The notes under the pieces are model-generated. The model had not been told where the DNA came from and made no database searches. It was given only the letters and a program-made list of their open reading frames with translations. Below are positions 32,369 through 43,100 of a stretch of 64,000 nt of DNA, in pieces. How positions within the stretch are numbered: the stretch's first letter is position 1; every line of letters starts with the position of its first letter. The stretch lies in the NCBI GenBank assembly GCA_015487695.1, contig WFPF01000122.1, positions 331 to 64,330 on the forward strand, in the 5' to 3' direction. The DNA is from Chitinophagales bacterium. Its GTDB lineage: Bacteria; Bacteroidota; Bacteroidia; Chitinophagales; S012-47. A program made the translations under genes and the position numbers.

Positions 32369-33793
32369 ATGAAAATTGCTTCCACGTTTTTCTTCTTACT
32401 GATACTTTCCACTTCCCTGTGGGCTCAACCAAAGATATGGACGCTGGATGATTGTATAGATTATGCGCTGAAAAACAACCTCAGTGTTCAGCAAATCCAG
32501 CTGAATGTTAATCGCAGTTTCAAGCAGTTGCAGCAGAGCAAGATGGAGCGATTGCCGAGTCTCAATGCCTCTGCCGGCAATTTCTTCAACCGCGGACGAA
32601 CCGTGGACCCCACTACATATAACTTTCTGAGCGGCACGCTCTCAACCAACAATATTTCACTGAGCAGCTCGGTAAACTTATTCAATGGTTTCAGGGTTCG
32701 AAACAGCATTGCGCAAAACAACTATCAGCTGAAGGCCGATGAACTCGACCTGGAGAATACACGTCAGAGCGTAGCCATTACGATCACCGGTTTTTACCTC
32801 GATGCGCTGATGGCCAAAGAGCAGGTAAATATCATGCAGAGGCGCTATGAAGTAGTGCGCCAGCAATTGAGCTACACCCGCAAGCTGGTGCAGGCAGGCA
32901 GCCTGGCCGAAGGCGAGCTGCTCAACGTGGAAGCGCAACTGGCGCAGGCCGATTTTGACCGCGTCAGTGCCGAAAACCAGTATGAGCTGGCCATGGTAAA
33001 CCTGCAGGCGGCTATGCTCCTTGAGCCTGAGGCGGGGTTTCAGATCAGCGATCCCTCAGATGAGCTGAGCGGGGAAATCTTTCAGCGCTATCCCTCACCC
33101 GAAGCATTGGTCAATGAAGCGATAAAGCAACACCCCTCGGTAAGAAGTGCGGAATACCGCATGCTGGGCGCCCAAAGCGGAGTGGAAGTGGCCCGGGCAG
33201 GCCGCTATCCCAGTTTGAGACTTTCGGGCAGCCTGAATACCAGCAGTTCTTCGCAACGTCAGCGCTTTGAGATTATACCTCTTGGTTTTGACACCATCGG
33301 GCAGGTGGCCGGCAGCGGAGACCCTGTGATCTCAAGCCAGCCCAGCTTTGATGTGCAGGGCAGGCCCTATCCCATTGCAGATCAATTCAAAGACAATTTC
33401 AACCAGGCGATCAGTTTGCAGCTTTCTATCCCCATATTCAATAATTACAGGACGAAGAATGCCATCACGATGGCAGAAATCAACTGGCGCAGTGCCGAGT
33501 TGAATATGGAACAACAGCGCATCACTTTGCGCAACAATATCTATCAATACTACACAAGCGCCCTGGCAGCAAAAAAGCGCTATGATGCTGCGATTAAAAA
33601 TGTGGAGGCCAGCAGACGCTCATTTGAATACACCGAAAAGCGGGCCAGAGAAGGAATGGTGCGGGCCATTGACTTTCAGCGTCTTCAGTCGGATCTGCAA
33701 AGTGCAGAAAACAGCCTGCTGCAGGCCAAATATCAGTATCTGATGAGTATTCGAATTTTAAAATATTACCTCGGTCAGTCGATCAATCGCTAA
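32369..33793 (+). CDS. TolC family outer-membrane efflux protein
   Basis: WTLDDCIDYALKNN, RLPSL, LFNGF, RYPSL, LSIPIFN. Confidence 0.93.
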   Translation: MKIASTFFFLLILSTSLWAQPKIWTLDDCIDYALKNNLSVQQIQLNVNRSFKQLQQSKMERLPSLNASAGNFFNRGRTVDPTTYNFLSGTLSTNNISLSSSVNLFNGFRVRNSIAQNNYQLKADELDLENTRQSVAITITGFYLDALMAKEQVNIMQRRYEVVRQQLSYTRKLVQAGSLAEGELLNVEAQLAQADFDRVSAENQYELAMVNLQAAMLLEPEAGFQISDPSDELSGEIFQRYPSPEALVNEAIKQHPSVRSAEYRMLGAQSGVEVARAGRYPSLRLSGSLNTSSSSQRQRFEIIPLGFDTIGQVAGSGDPVISSQPSFDVQGRPYPIADQFKDNFNQAISLQLSIPIFNNYRTKNAITMAEINWRSAELNMEQQRITLRNNIYQYYTSALAAKKRYDAAIKNVEASRRSFEYTEKRAREGMVRAIDFQRLQSDLQSAENSLLQAKYQYLMSIRILKYYLGQSINR

Positions 33794-33804
33794 ACAGAAA
33801 GAAT

Positions 33805-35109
33805 ATGAGTAAGCAGAAAAAGATCATTTTTATCTTATTGGGCCTTTTGCTCGTGGTGCTCCTGCTGGCGGTGCTCAAAGGCGGAAGCGGCAGCGCCATT
33901 GAGCTGGAAACCCAGCAGGTAGGCAGAGGCGAAATAGTGGCCACGGTTTCGGCCAGCGGAAAGATTTTTCCGGTGGAAGAAGTGGCCATCATTCCGGAAA
34001 TTGCCGGAGAGGTGATCAAACTCTACGTAAATGAAGGAGACAGTGTGAAAGAAGGGGACATGCTGGCGAAAATCAATCCGAATATCTACCAGGATGCCGT
34101 GCGCAGAGCCGAAGCCAGTGTGCTGACGGCCAAGGCGAATCTCGGGAATGCCAAAGCACGCTATCAGATGTCAAAAGCACAGTACAGGCGCACTGAGAGT
34201 GAATACAAGCGGCAAAAGTCATTGCACGATCAGGGCGTCATTTCCGATTCGGAATACGAAACAGCCCTTGCCAATTATGAAGTGGCTCAGAGCGAACTGA
34301 AAGCAGCCGAGGAAAGCGTGGAAGCCGCAAAATATGGTGTGCAATCGGCAGAGGCTACTTTGCAGGAAAGCAAGAACAACCTCCTGCGCACCATCATCTA
34401 CTCACCCATGTCGGGCATCGTCACCGGTCTCAATGTGGAAGAAGGAAAAGTGGTGGGCGGTATCAACACCTTCTCGGCTACCGAAATGATGCGCATCAGC
34501 AACCTCAATGACATGGAAGTGCGGGTGGATGTAAATGAAAACGATGTGCTGAATATCAACCTGGGCGATACGGCACTGATTGACGTGGAAGCCTATGACG
34601 AGCGTGAATTTAAAGGAATCGTTACACAGATCTCAAGCTCGGCAGCCAACAGCGGATCGCAGCAACTGACTACGGAACAGGTGAGCAACTTTACGGTGAA
34701 AATCTACTTCCTGCCTTCCGGTTTTCAGGATATTGCACAAAAGAATACCGGGAAATTTCCTTTCCTGCCGGGTATGAGTGCTACGACCGACATTATCACC
34801 GAAAGAAAGAAAGACATTCTTGTGGTGCCAATCGAAGCGGTTACAACCCGCAAGGAGGAAACACCCGACAGTACGGGCAGTAAAATGGGAAGAGATGATG
34901 ATTACAAGGAAGTGGTTTTTGTAATCAATGACGGAAAGGCCGAAATGCGGAAGGTGAGTACCGGCATTCAGGATGACCGTCACATTGAGATTAAAGACGG
35001 ACTGAAAGAGGGCGAGTGGATTGCTGTCGGCCCCTACACCATCGTACAGCAGATTCTGGATGACGGGGATGAAGTGAAAAGCAAAGAGAAGAAGAGCAAG
35101 GAGAAATAA
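33805..35109 (+). CDS. Efflux periplasmic adaptor (MacA/HlyD-like)
   Basis: VSASGKI.P, EGDSVKEGD, coiled coil, IYSPMSGIV, PGMSA, VPIEAV. Confidence 0.92.
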   Translation: MSKQKKIIFILLGLLLVVLLLAVLKGGSGSAIELETQQVGRGEIVATVSASGKIFPVEEVAIIPEIAGEVIKLYVNEGDSVKEGDMLAKINPNIYQDAVRRAEASVLTAKANLGNAKARYQMSKAQYRRTESEYKRQKSLHDQGVISDSEYETALANYEVAQSELKAAEESVEAAKYGVQSAEATLQESKNNLLRTIIYSPMSGIVTGLNVEEGKVVGGINTFSATEMMRISNLNDMEVRVDVNENDVLNINLGDTALIDVEAYDEREFKGIVTQISSSAANSGSQQLTTEQVSNFTVKIYFLPSGFQDIAQKNTGKFPFLPGMSATTDIITERKKDILVVPIEAVTTRKEETPDSTGSKMGRDDDYKEVVFVINDGKAEMRKVSTGIQDDRHIEIKDGLKEGEWIAVGPYTIVQQILDDGDEVKSKEKKSKEK

Positions 35110-35123
35110 GTCTGATGGCTTCT

Positions 35124-35807
35124 TTAGTCCCTGTCTCTGAAGGTATACTGAATTCCGATACCGAACATCAGCGGAAAATAGTCGATACTAATGCTGTTCA
35201 TGGGATAACTGACTCCCAGGTTGGCATTCACTTTCAGACGCTCAGCTCCGAGGCTCATATACACAACGGGTTCAACAAAGAAATATGAAGGGGGGTCTTG
35301 TTTTTCTCCATTAACGCTAAGAGCGAGAAACTGAACCCAGGCAAAGCGTGAGCTCAGGCCGATGTTAAAATATTTTGACTGGAAGCCTACATTTCCCTGC
35401 ACAAAGGGTTTTAGAATAAATGAACTGCCTATGGTGGTGTATGGGGTCCCGTTTATGGTGAAACTTCCCTTTCCCTGTGCAGCACCGGCTGCCAGTCCTC
35501 CGAATGCGCTGAGCGTCAGATTGGATTTGCTCGTATTGAGAATGCCGTAGCCCCCTTCCAGATAAACATGTTTGTTGTCGTTCCCTCCACTAGAAACCGA
35601 AGCTGCACCCATAATGGCCGTTCGATCGCTGTTCATATAGGAGGCCTGCAAATCAAAACCACTGGTACCTGCCCACACCTGCCCCTGTATCTCTCCTTTT
35701 TCCTTAAGCACCGGCACATTGTGCATCGTGGGGATATAAACCGGTGCACAGGCAGAAGCCGTCAGAAGGATTGCTGTGATCAGAGATAAAAATTTACTAT
35801 TTTTCAT
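35124..35807 (-). CDS. Hypothetical lipoprotein with beta-strand-rich body
   Basis: Lipobox TASAC, then APVYIP..HNVP..KEKGE. Amphipathic strands, ends GIGIQYTF. Confidence 0.7.
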   Translation of the reverse strand: MKNSKFLSLITAILLTASACAPVYIPTMHNVPVLKEKGEIQGQVWAGTSGFDLQASYMNSDRTAIMGAASVSSGGNDNKHVYLEGGYGILNTSKSNLTLSAFGGLAAGAAQGKGSFTINGTPYTTIGSSFILKPFVQGNVGFQSKYFNIGLSSRFAWVQFLALSVNGEKQDPPSYFFVEPVVYMSLGAERLKVNANLGVSYPMNSISIDYFPLMFGIGIQYTFRDRD

Positions 35808-35844
35808 ACCGAAATTTAATTAAAATCCAAACCATTAAGAAAAG

Positions 35845-37617
35845 ATGGCTTACAAAAGGCTTTTTGATATCATTCGACATCAGCAAGAGCATTATCCGCA
35901 GACGGATGCTTTTGCCTATAAACTGAACGGAGTATGGAAGAAGTTCAGTACCAGCGAAGCAATTGATGAAATTAATAAAGTGAGTCTGGGCCTCATGGAA
36001 CTGGGCGTTAAGCCGGGCGATAAAATTGCCATGGTCAGTCACAACCGGCCAGAGTGGAACTTCATAGATCTGGGAGTTTTGCAGATTGGTGCGGTGGATG
36101 TGCCGGTTTACCCGACCATCAGCCCCGATGACTATGTATACATTTTCAATCATGCGGAAGTAAAGTATTGTTTTGCCGGTGATCAGGAACTATATGACAA
36201 GGTCGCAAGCATCAAGGATCAGGTTCCGAGCTTAAAGGAGATATACAGTTTTGACAACCTTGAAGGAGTAAAACACTGGACGGAAGTCAAAGCACTTGCA
36301 AAGGAGGAACGCATGCCCGAATTGCAAAAATTCATGGACGGAGTGGGCGAAGAAGACCTGGCTACGCTGATTTATACCTCGGGCACCACGGGCAAGCCCA
36401 AAGGAGTAATGCTCACTCATAAAAACATAGCGAGCAATGTGGCCGCTACGGCTCAGTGCCTGCCCCTCAACGAGTCGCACCGTGTCTTGAGTTTTTTGCC
36501 TTTGTGTCACAGTTTCGAGCGAATGGTGACCTATACCTACCAGTCGCTGGGTGCATCGATTTACTATGCGGAAAGTCTTGATGCCATTGGCGATAACCTG
36601 CGCGAAGTGCAGCCTCACTTCTTCAGTTCCGTGCCCCGGCTGCTCGAGAAGGTTTATGAAAAAATCATATCCAAAGGCCATGAACTGAGCGGTATCAAAA
36701 AGAAACTCTTTTTCTGGGCCATTGATCTGGGCAAGGAGTTTGAATTCGGAAAAGACAAAGGGCTCTATGGCTTTAAATTGAAAATGGCCAATAAACTCAT
36801 TTTCAGCAAATGGCGCGAAGCCCTGGGAGGCAACATCATTGGAATCGTAACCGGAGCCTCGGCATTGCAGCCCCGTCTTGAGCGCATCTTCAATGCCGGT
36901 CGCATCAAGGTGCGGCAGGGTTACGGACTTACCGAAACCTCTCCGGTCGTGAGCTTTAACCGCTTTGAAGAGTGGGATGCCAAAATCGGAACGGTGGGTT
37001 ATCCCATCCCGGGTGTGGAGATTAAATTTGATGATGACGGTGAGCTGCTTGTCAAAGGTCCTAATGTGATGAAAGGATATTTTAAAAATCCGGAAGAAAC
37101 AGCCAAGGTGCTGGAAGATGACGGATGGTTTCGTACGGGTGACCTGGCCAAACTGGTCGAGAACAAGTATATACAGATCGTAGAGCGAAAGAAAGAGCTG
37201 TACAAAACCTCGGGAGGGAAGTATGTGGCTCCGCAACCGCTGGAGAACAAGTTCAAAGAGTCGCCTCTCATTGAGCAGATAATGGTAGTGGGCGACAACC
37301 GCAAATTTGTCTCGGCCCTCATCGTTCCCAATATGCAAAACCTCAAAGCATTTGCCAGGGAAAACGGAATCGAGTGGGAAAGCGAAGAAGACTTGCTGAA
37401 TCATCCCGATGTGATAGCCGCCTACCATGCCATTCTGGATGAGTTCAACCCGGCATTCAGCAATACCGAGCAGATCAAAAAATTCAAATTGCTCAGCGAT
37501 GAGTGGACCGTGGAAGGCGGAGAGCTGACACCGACCATGAAAGTGAAAAGGAAGGTGATTCTGCAGAAGTATGCCGATGTGATTGATGAAATGTACAATA
37601 CCGATCTCAGGAACTGA
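35845..37617 (+). CDS. Long-chain fatty acid--CoA ligase
   Basis: YTSGTTGKPKG, GYGLTETSP, WFRTGD, ELTPTMK. Confidence 0.93.
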   Translation: MAYKRLFDIIRHQQEHYPQTDAFAYKLNGVWKKFSTSEAIDEINKVSLGLMELGVKPGDKIAMVSHNRPEWNFIDLGVLQIGAVDVPVYPTISPDDYVYIFNHAEVKYCFAGDQELYDKVASIKDQVPSLKEIYSFDNLEGVKHWTEVKALAKEERMPELQKFMDGVGEEDLATLIYTSGTTGKPKGVMLTHKNIASNVAATAQCLPLNESHRVLSFLPLCHSFERMVTYTYQSLGASIYYAESLDAIGDNLREVQPHFFSSVPRLLEKVYEKIISKGHELSGIKKKLFFWAIDLGKEFEFGKDKGLYGFKLKMANKLIFSKWREALGGNIIGIVTGASALQPRLERIFNAGRIKVRQGYGLTETSPVVSFNRFEEWDAKIGTVGYPIPGVEIKFDDDGELLVKGPNVMKGYFKNPEETAKVLEDDGWFRTGDLAKLVENKYIQIVERKKELYKTSGGKYVAPQPLENKFKESPLIEQIMVVGDNRKFVSALIVPNMQNLKAFARENGIEWESEEDLLNHPDVIAAYHAILDEFNPAFSNTEQIKKFKLLSDEWTVEGGELTPTMKVKRKVILQKYADVIDEMYNTDLRN

Positions 37618-37637
37618 GCCTTCGGAGTGCTTTTAAT

Positions 37638-40097
37638 TCAATAGGGGTCCATATCACTGTACATATAGACACTCTTCAGCCCGGAATCCTGCATAAGCAT
37701 ACGGGCTGCATCCCGAATGGCTTGATGTGATTTCTCAAGCCACTCCCGTTTTCTTTCCATTTTTATGATGATGTCGAAGAGATAATTGCCCCGGATTCTT
37801 GAGATCAGGGGAGCCACCGGAGGATAGGCTCTCCATCCGAGGCGGGCTGCGAGATATTCATGTACCTTATTGGCTGCTTGCCGCGTCTTTTCGGGATCGC
37901 GGTGGCGCAGTCTGATGCGGATCATGCGGTAGACGGGCGGATATCTGAACTGCAAGCGTTCCGATATTTCCTGTGTATAAAATGACTCGTAATCACTCCG
38001 GATCACAAGCTGCAGCAGGGGATGATCCGTTCTGCGGGTCTGAATAAGGACTTTTCCCTGTTCTTTTTTTCTGCCGGCCCGGCCACTTACCTGCACCATG
38101 AGCTGGAAGGCCCTTTCGGCCGACCGGAAATCGGGATAGTGCATCAGCTGGTCGGCATTGAGTATGCCTACGAGGGCTACATTTTCAAAATCGAGCCCTT
38201 TTGTTACCATTTGCGTTCCTACCAGCACATCAATGCGTCCTGCTTCGAAATCGTTGATGATTTCCTGCAGGCGGTATTTGCCCCGGGCTGCATCCAGGTC
38301 GAGGCGGGCCACGCGAATACCGTCAAAGAGGCGTTTCAATTCGTCTTCTATGCGCTCGGTGCCATAGCCCCAGATGCGCATCGGCCCCGATCCGCATGCC
38401 GGGCAAACATGGGGCGTAGGAATCCGGTAGCCGCAATAGTGACACTTCAGCTTGTCGATATATTTGTGATAGGTCAGCGATACATCGCAATTGACGCACT
38501 GGGGAACATGGGCACATGCGGCACAAATCATCATGGGCGCATAACCCCTTCGGTTTCGGAAGAGAATGGCCTGCCTGCCCGATGAAAGCACTTCATCGAG
38601 GGCGGCTACCAAGCCTTCGGACAAGTGGCTTTTCCCGTCCTTCATACGTGCGGACCTGCGCATATCAAGCAATTCTACTTTCGGCAGTTCTACCCGGCCG
38701 TATCGCTCTTTCAGTACCGTGAGGTGATATCTTCCATGGCGTGCATTGTAGTAACTTTCGAGAGAAGGGGTGGCGCTTCCGAGTATGGTTTTGGCTCCGA
38801 AGAGCCGAGCCATGTAAATGGCGGCATCCCGTGCATGGTAGCGCGGGGCAGGGTCAAATTGCTTGTAGGAAGGGTCGTGTTCCTCGTCCACAACAATGAG
38901 GCCCGGATTGCGGAATGGAAGGAAGAGGGCACTGCGGGGGCCCAGCACTACCTGATACTTTCCCTCGGCAACACGTTGCCATATCTCCACCCGTTCCATG
39001 CTGCTGAAGCGGGAATGGTAGATGCCAATGCGCTCACCGAAGTATTTTTTCAGACGTGAAATCATCTGGGTGGTAAGGGCGATCTCGGGCAGAAGATAGA
39101 GCACCTGCTTTCCCTGCTCCAGAAATTCCTCGATGATACGCGTATAGATCTCGGTCTTGCCGCTCGAGGTAACCCCGTGCAGGAGTACCACATCCTTTTC
39201 CTCCAATCCCTTTTGAATGGATATCCTTGCATTTTCCTGAGCCGGAGAGAGTGTATACTGTTTGTCAAATCCGTCTGCATCCTCTTTTATCCGGCTGACT
39301 TCTTTTTCATATTCTTCCAAAACACCTTTCTCAATCAGTTTCCTGAGCGCCTGATAATTTTTTCCGCTGGCTTTGAGCAGGCGCTCCTTGCTCACCTCTT
39401 CTTCCATGCCGTGCAGCTGAAACCATTGCAGCAGAATGTCCTGTTGCCTGGGGGCCCGCTGCAGTTTCTCGAAAAGGTCCTTTCGCTTGCGCTCATCGGC
39501 ATAGGCCGGATTGAGTTGTACGAATTTCTTAATCCTGGGCCGGTACCCTTCCTGCAATTCTTCCCGCAGCAGTATTACCTCTTTCCCGATCAGGCTTTTC
39601 AGTATGGGGAAAATGTTTTTACGGTTGAGGATGCCCTGCGCTTCTTTTACACTGAGCTCGGGATGGTGGGTCAGCGCCTCGGCAAGGAGGTATTCCTCGT
39701 CATTCAGGGCTTCATAGTCATGATTAAATGCGGGATGAAGGAGTATCCGCGTTTCGCTCTCCAGTTTCATGGCTGCCGGCAGGGCTGCATTCATCACATC
39801 GCCCAGGGTGCAGAGATAATAGGAGGCCATCCACTCCCATAGCTTTCTTTGCTTTTCTCCGATCAGCGGGCTTTCATCCAGGATCTGTTCTATCTCTTTG
39901 GCTTCGTAGTTTCGGGGTTTCTGTGTGTGCACCCTCCAGGCAATGGCCGTGTAGTAGCGCTTCTTTCCAAACTGCACCACTACGCGCATGCCGGCCTCCA
40001 AACGGCCTGCCGGTTCTCCTTTCACCGCATAGGTGTAGAGTTGATCCAGCGCAAGCGGAAGCACCACATCCACATATCTTTCCTGCACATCCTTCAT
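37638..40097 (-). CDS. priA: Primosomal protein N' (replication restart helicase)
   Basis: GVTSSGKT, PEIALT, DEEH, SATPS, RRGY, four CxxC pairs, QVSGRAGR. Start probably 40097. Confidence 0.96.
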   Translation of the reverse strand: MKDVQERYVDVVLPLALDQLYTYAVKGEPAGRLEAGMRVVVQFGKKRYYTAIAWRVHTQKPRNYEAKEIEQILDESPLIGEKQRKLWEWMASYYLCTLGDVMNAALPAAMKLESETRILLHPAFNHDYEALNDEEYLLAEALTHHPELSVKEAQGILNRKNIFPILKSLIGKEVILLREELQEGYRPRIKKFVQLNPAYADERKRKDLFEKLQRAPRQQDILLQWFQLHGMEEEVSKERLLKASGKNYQALRKLIEKGVLEEYEKEVSRIKEDADGFDKQYTLSPAQENARISIQKGLEEKDVVLLHGVTSSGKTEIYTRIIEEFLEQGKQVLYLLPEIALTTQMISRLKKYFGERIGIYHSRFSSMERVEIWQRVAEGKYQVVLGPRSALFLPFRNPGLIVVDEEHDPSYKQFDPAPRYHARDAAIYMARLFGAKTILGSATPSLESYYNARHGRYHLTVLKERYGRVELPKVELLDMRRSARMKDGKSHLSEGLVAALDEVLSSGRQAILFRNRRGYAPMMICAACAHVPQCVNCDVSLTYHKYIDKLKCHYCGYRIPTPHVCPACGSGPMRIWGYGTERIEDELKRLFDGIRVARLDLDAARGKYRLQEIINDFEAGRIDVLVGTQMVTKGLDFENVALVGILNADQLMHYPDFRSAERAFQLMVQVSGRAGRKKEQGKVLIQTRRTDHPLLQLVIRSDYESFYTQEISERLQFRYPPVYRMIRIRLRHRDPEKTRQAANKVHEYLAARLGWRAYPPVAPLISRIRGNYLFDIIIKMERKREWLEKSHQAIRDAARMLMQDSGLKSVYMYSDMDPY

Positions 40098-40190
40098 TCC
40101 TGCTAAGATATACCAGATCATTGGCAGCATCTAAATTTTGGCATCGCTGATTGAAATGGTATTTTTAGAGTCCAAAAAAATCTTTTAGTC

Positions 40191-43100
40191 ATGCGTAGAT
40201 TCCTCTTTGCCATCACCTGTTTCTTTTTCACTTTATCCCTTTCTGCACAGGGGCTCTACCGGGCCCTGTCGCTGGATGAGAGGGTGCAGGCAGCTGCAAT
40301 TATTGCAGAGGCGGAGGTAATCCGTTCGGAGCCTGTCCTTCACCCCAACGGCCAGGTGTACACGCACCACCTGCTGCGTGTGACACGGCTTTTCAAAGGG
40401 GCTGCCGAAAGCCGCCTCGAAGTGATTACACTGGGTGGCCGGGCCGGAGGAACACTAATGAAGGTCTTTCCCGCCCTGCAGCTTGAGCCCGGGATGAAGG
40501 GAATTTTCTTCCTAACGCCCGATAATGTGACTCCCCGTTTTCAGGATCGTGCTTACAAGGCCTATGCCGACCGGCAGGGGTTTGTGGCGCGACTTTGGAA
40601 TGGAAAGGCTTTTGACGGTTTGAAGGACTACGGAGTCTATGAGGAGGCGTTTGTGAAACGCCTGAGAGAGGAACAGGGGCTGAGCGTAAAAGTGCTGGCA
40701 AAGCAGCCCGAGCCAATGCCCTCTCTTTCGGCCGTTGTACCTTCTGTCATTTCTTTTTCTCCCGACAGCATCGCAGCCGGGGAATTTCAGATTCTGAGCA
40801 TTCGCGGAGTGGGATTTGGCAGCTATTCAGGGCAGGCCGGTGTGCGCTTTCGCAATGCCGATGACGGGGGGATCTCCTTCGTATCTGCGCCTTCCTCTCA
40901 AATCATTCTGTGGACAGATACACTAATACAGGTCGAAGTGCCTTTCCGGGCCGGCAGCGGCAGTTTCATGGTGGTGGACCAAAACGGAGCCTCGACATTG
41001 TCGAACACCGACCTGCTTATCCGCTATGATATTATTAACCTTCAGACCAGCAGCGGCATTCAGTATTCGAGGCTGGTCGATATCAATGGCCTCGGTGGAC
41101 TGAGTTTCGCGTTCAACACAAATTTTTACAGCAATACGGATGCACGAAATGCCTTCAACAGGGCCCTGGAAAGCTGGCGATGCAATACGATGGTCAATTT
41201 TGCTTCCCTCAGCAATACCACCGACAGCAGTTGCAATTCGCGCAACAACATCAGCGTGGTGGCCTTCGATACCGACTGTCCGCTCGATCCGGGGGTGCTG
41301 GGCCGGGCTTACAGCTATTACACGATCTGCCAGGATGAAGATCCGGAACTGGTGGAAGCAGATATTCTCTTTGATGAGATGCCGGCCAATGGCTGGCACT
41401 TCGGAGCTTCGGCTCCGGTCGGCACTTCTTATGACTTTGAGTCGGTGGCACTTCATGAGCTGGGCCATGCCCACCAAATGGGCCACGTGATTGATGCGAA
41501 TGCAGTCATGCATTATTCCCTGCCGGCAGGTACGGCCCGGAAGACTCCGGATGCCAACGATATTCTGGCAGGCCGGTCGGTGATGACACGCAGTGTCAAG
41601 GACCCCGTTTGCGGATATACCGGGATGCTTGCCCTCACAGCGGGTAATTGTCAGTTTACCATTCCGGTGGCCAGCTTTGATCTTTCTCCCGACAGAGGCT
41701 GCGTGCCTTTCGATGTTCAATTTACAGACGCATCTACTTCCCTGCCTACTTCCTGGGCCTGGGATTTCGACAATGACGGAGTCATAGATGATACCACCCA
41801 GAACCCGGTGCACACCTACAGCACTCCGGGCATTTATTCCGTACGGCTTATCGTGAGCAATGCAAATGGCTCGGATACCCTTACCCGCATCAATGTGATT
41901 CAGGCCTATGCTTCACCGACAGCCGATGCAGGTCCCGATCTTTCCATCTGTCCGGATGGGCGGGCCACAATTGGTGGTGCTCCCACGGGAACTGGCGGAA
42001 CGGGATTTTTACGCTATCAGTGGCTGCCGGCCGAGAGCCTTAACAATGCGGCACTTCCCAACCCCGAGGCAGCTCCGATGAATACCACGGAATATACCGT
42101 GGAAGTGAGCGATGACAATGGCTGCAAAGCGCGGGACTCGATGGTGCTTACCGTCATGCCGGGACCGGTGCTTGATATTGGAAGCGATCGCACGGTATGC
42201 GAAGGCGATACGGTATGGCTTATCAATCGGGCAGGCAATGCAGCCGGAAGCATTTTCCGCTGGAACCCTCCTGAAGGAATTGATGATCCCTCAAACGATA
42301 CAACTTTTATGATTGCGGCCGGGTCTTCTCGTACCCTGACCCTTTCAGCACAGACTCCGAACGGCTGTCAGGCACAGGCCTCCTTTTTGCTGACAATTCA
42401 CCGAAGTCCCGTAGTGGATGCCGGAGAAGATCAGACCGCCTGTGCCGGTACGGGAGTGGAAATAGGGGGGCACCCTTCTGCCTCGGGAGGCTCCGGAGGA
42501 TATACTTATCTCTGGCAGCCCTTTGCAGGATTAAACAATAGCGGAGCGGCCAACCCCATTGCAGACCCTGCGACTACCACTACCTATACGCTGACGGTTT
42601 TCGATGCACTGGGTTGCAGCCGTTCTGATACGGTTCGGGTAGAGGTGGCACCCTCGCCTGTGGCCGATGCCGGGCCGGATCTGGGGCCTGTGTGTGCCGG
42701 CCAGGCACTGAGACTTGGCGGACAGCCTACAGGAAGCGGTGGAACAGGCAATCTCTTCTACACCTGGTTGCCAACGGCCTATCTTGATACCATCAATATT
42801 GCCAATCCCCTGGCTACTCCGGACCAAAGCACCCTTTTTAAGGTGATTGTTGTGGATGCCAATGGATGCCGGGCCGAGGACAGTGTGTATGTAGCGATAT
42901 GGCCCACACCCGTGGCCGATGCAGGCCGCGATACGGTATTTTGCGGACCGGGTAGCCTGATTCTGGGTGGCAGCCCGGCCGGAAGCGGAGGAACAGCTCC
43001 CCTGGCTTATTCCTGGAGCCCCGATTCAGGGCTCAGTCAAAGCAATATTCCGAATCCGCTTGCAAGCCTTTCGGAAAGCACGGATTATACTCTGACGGTG

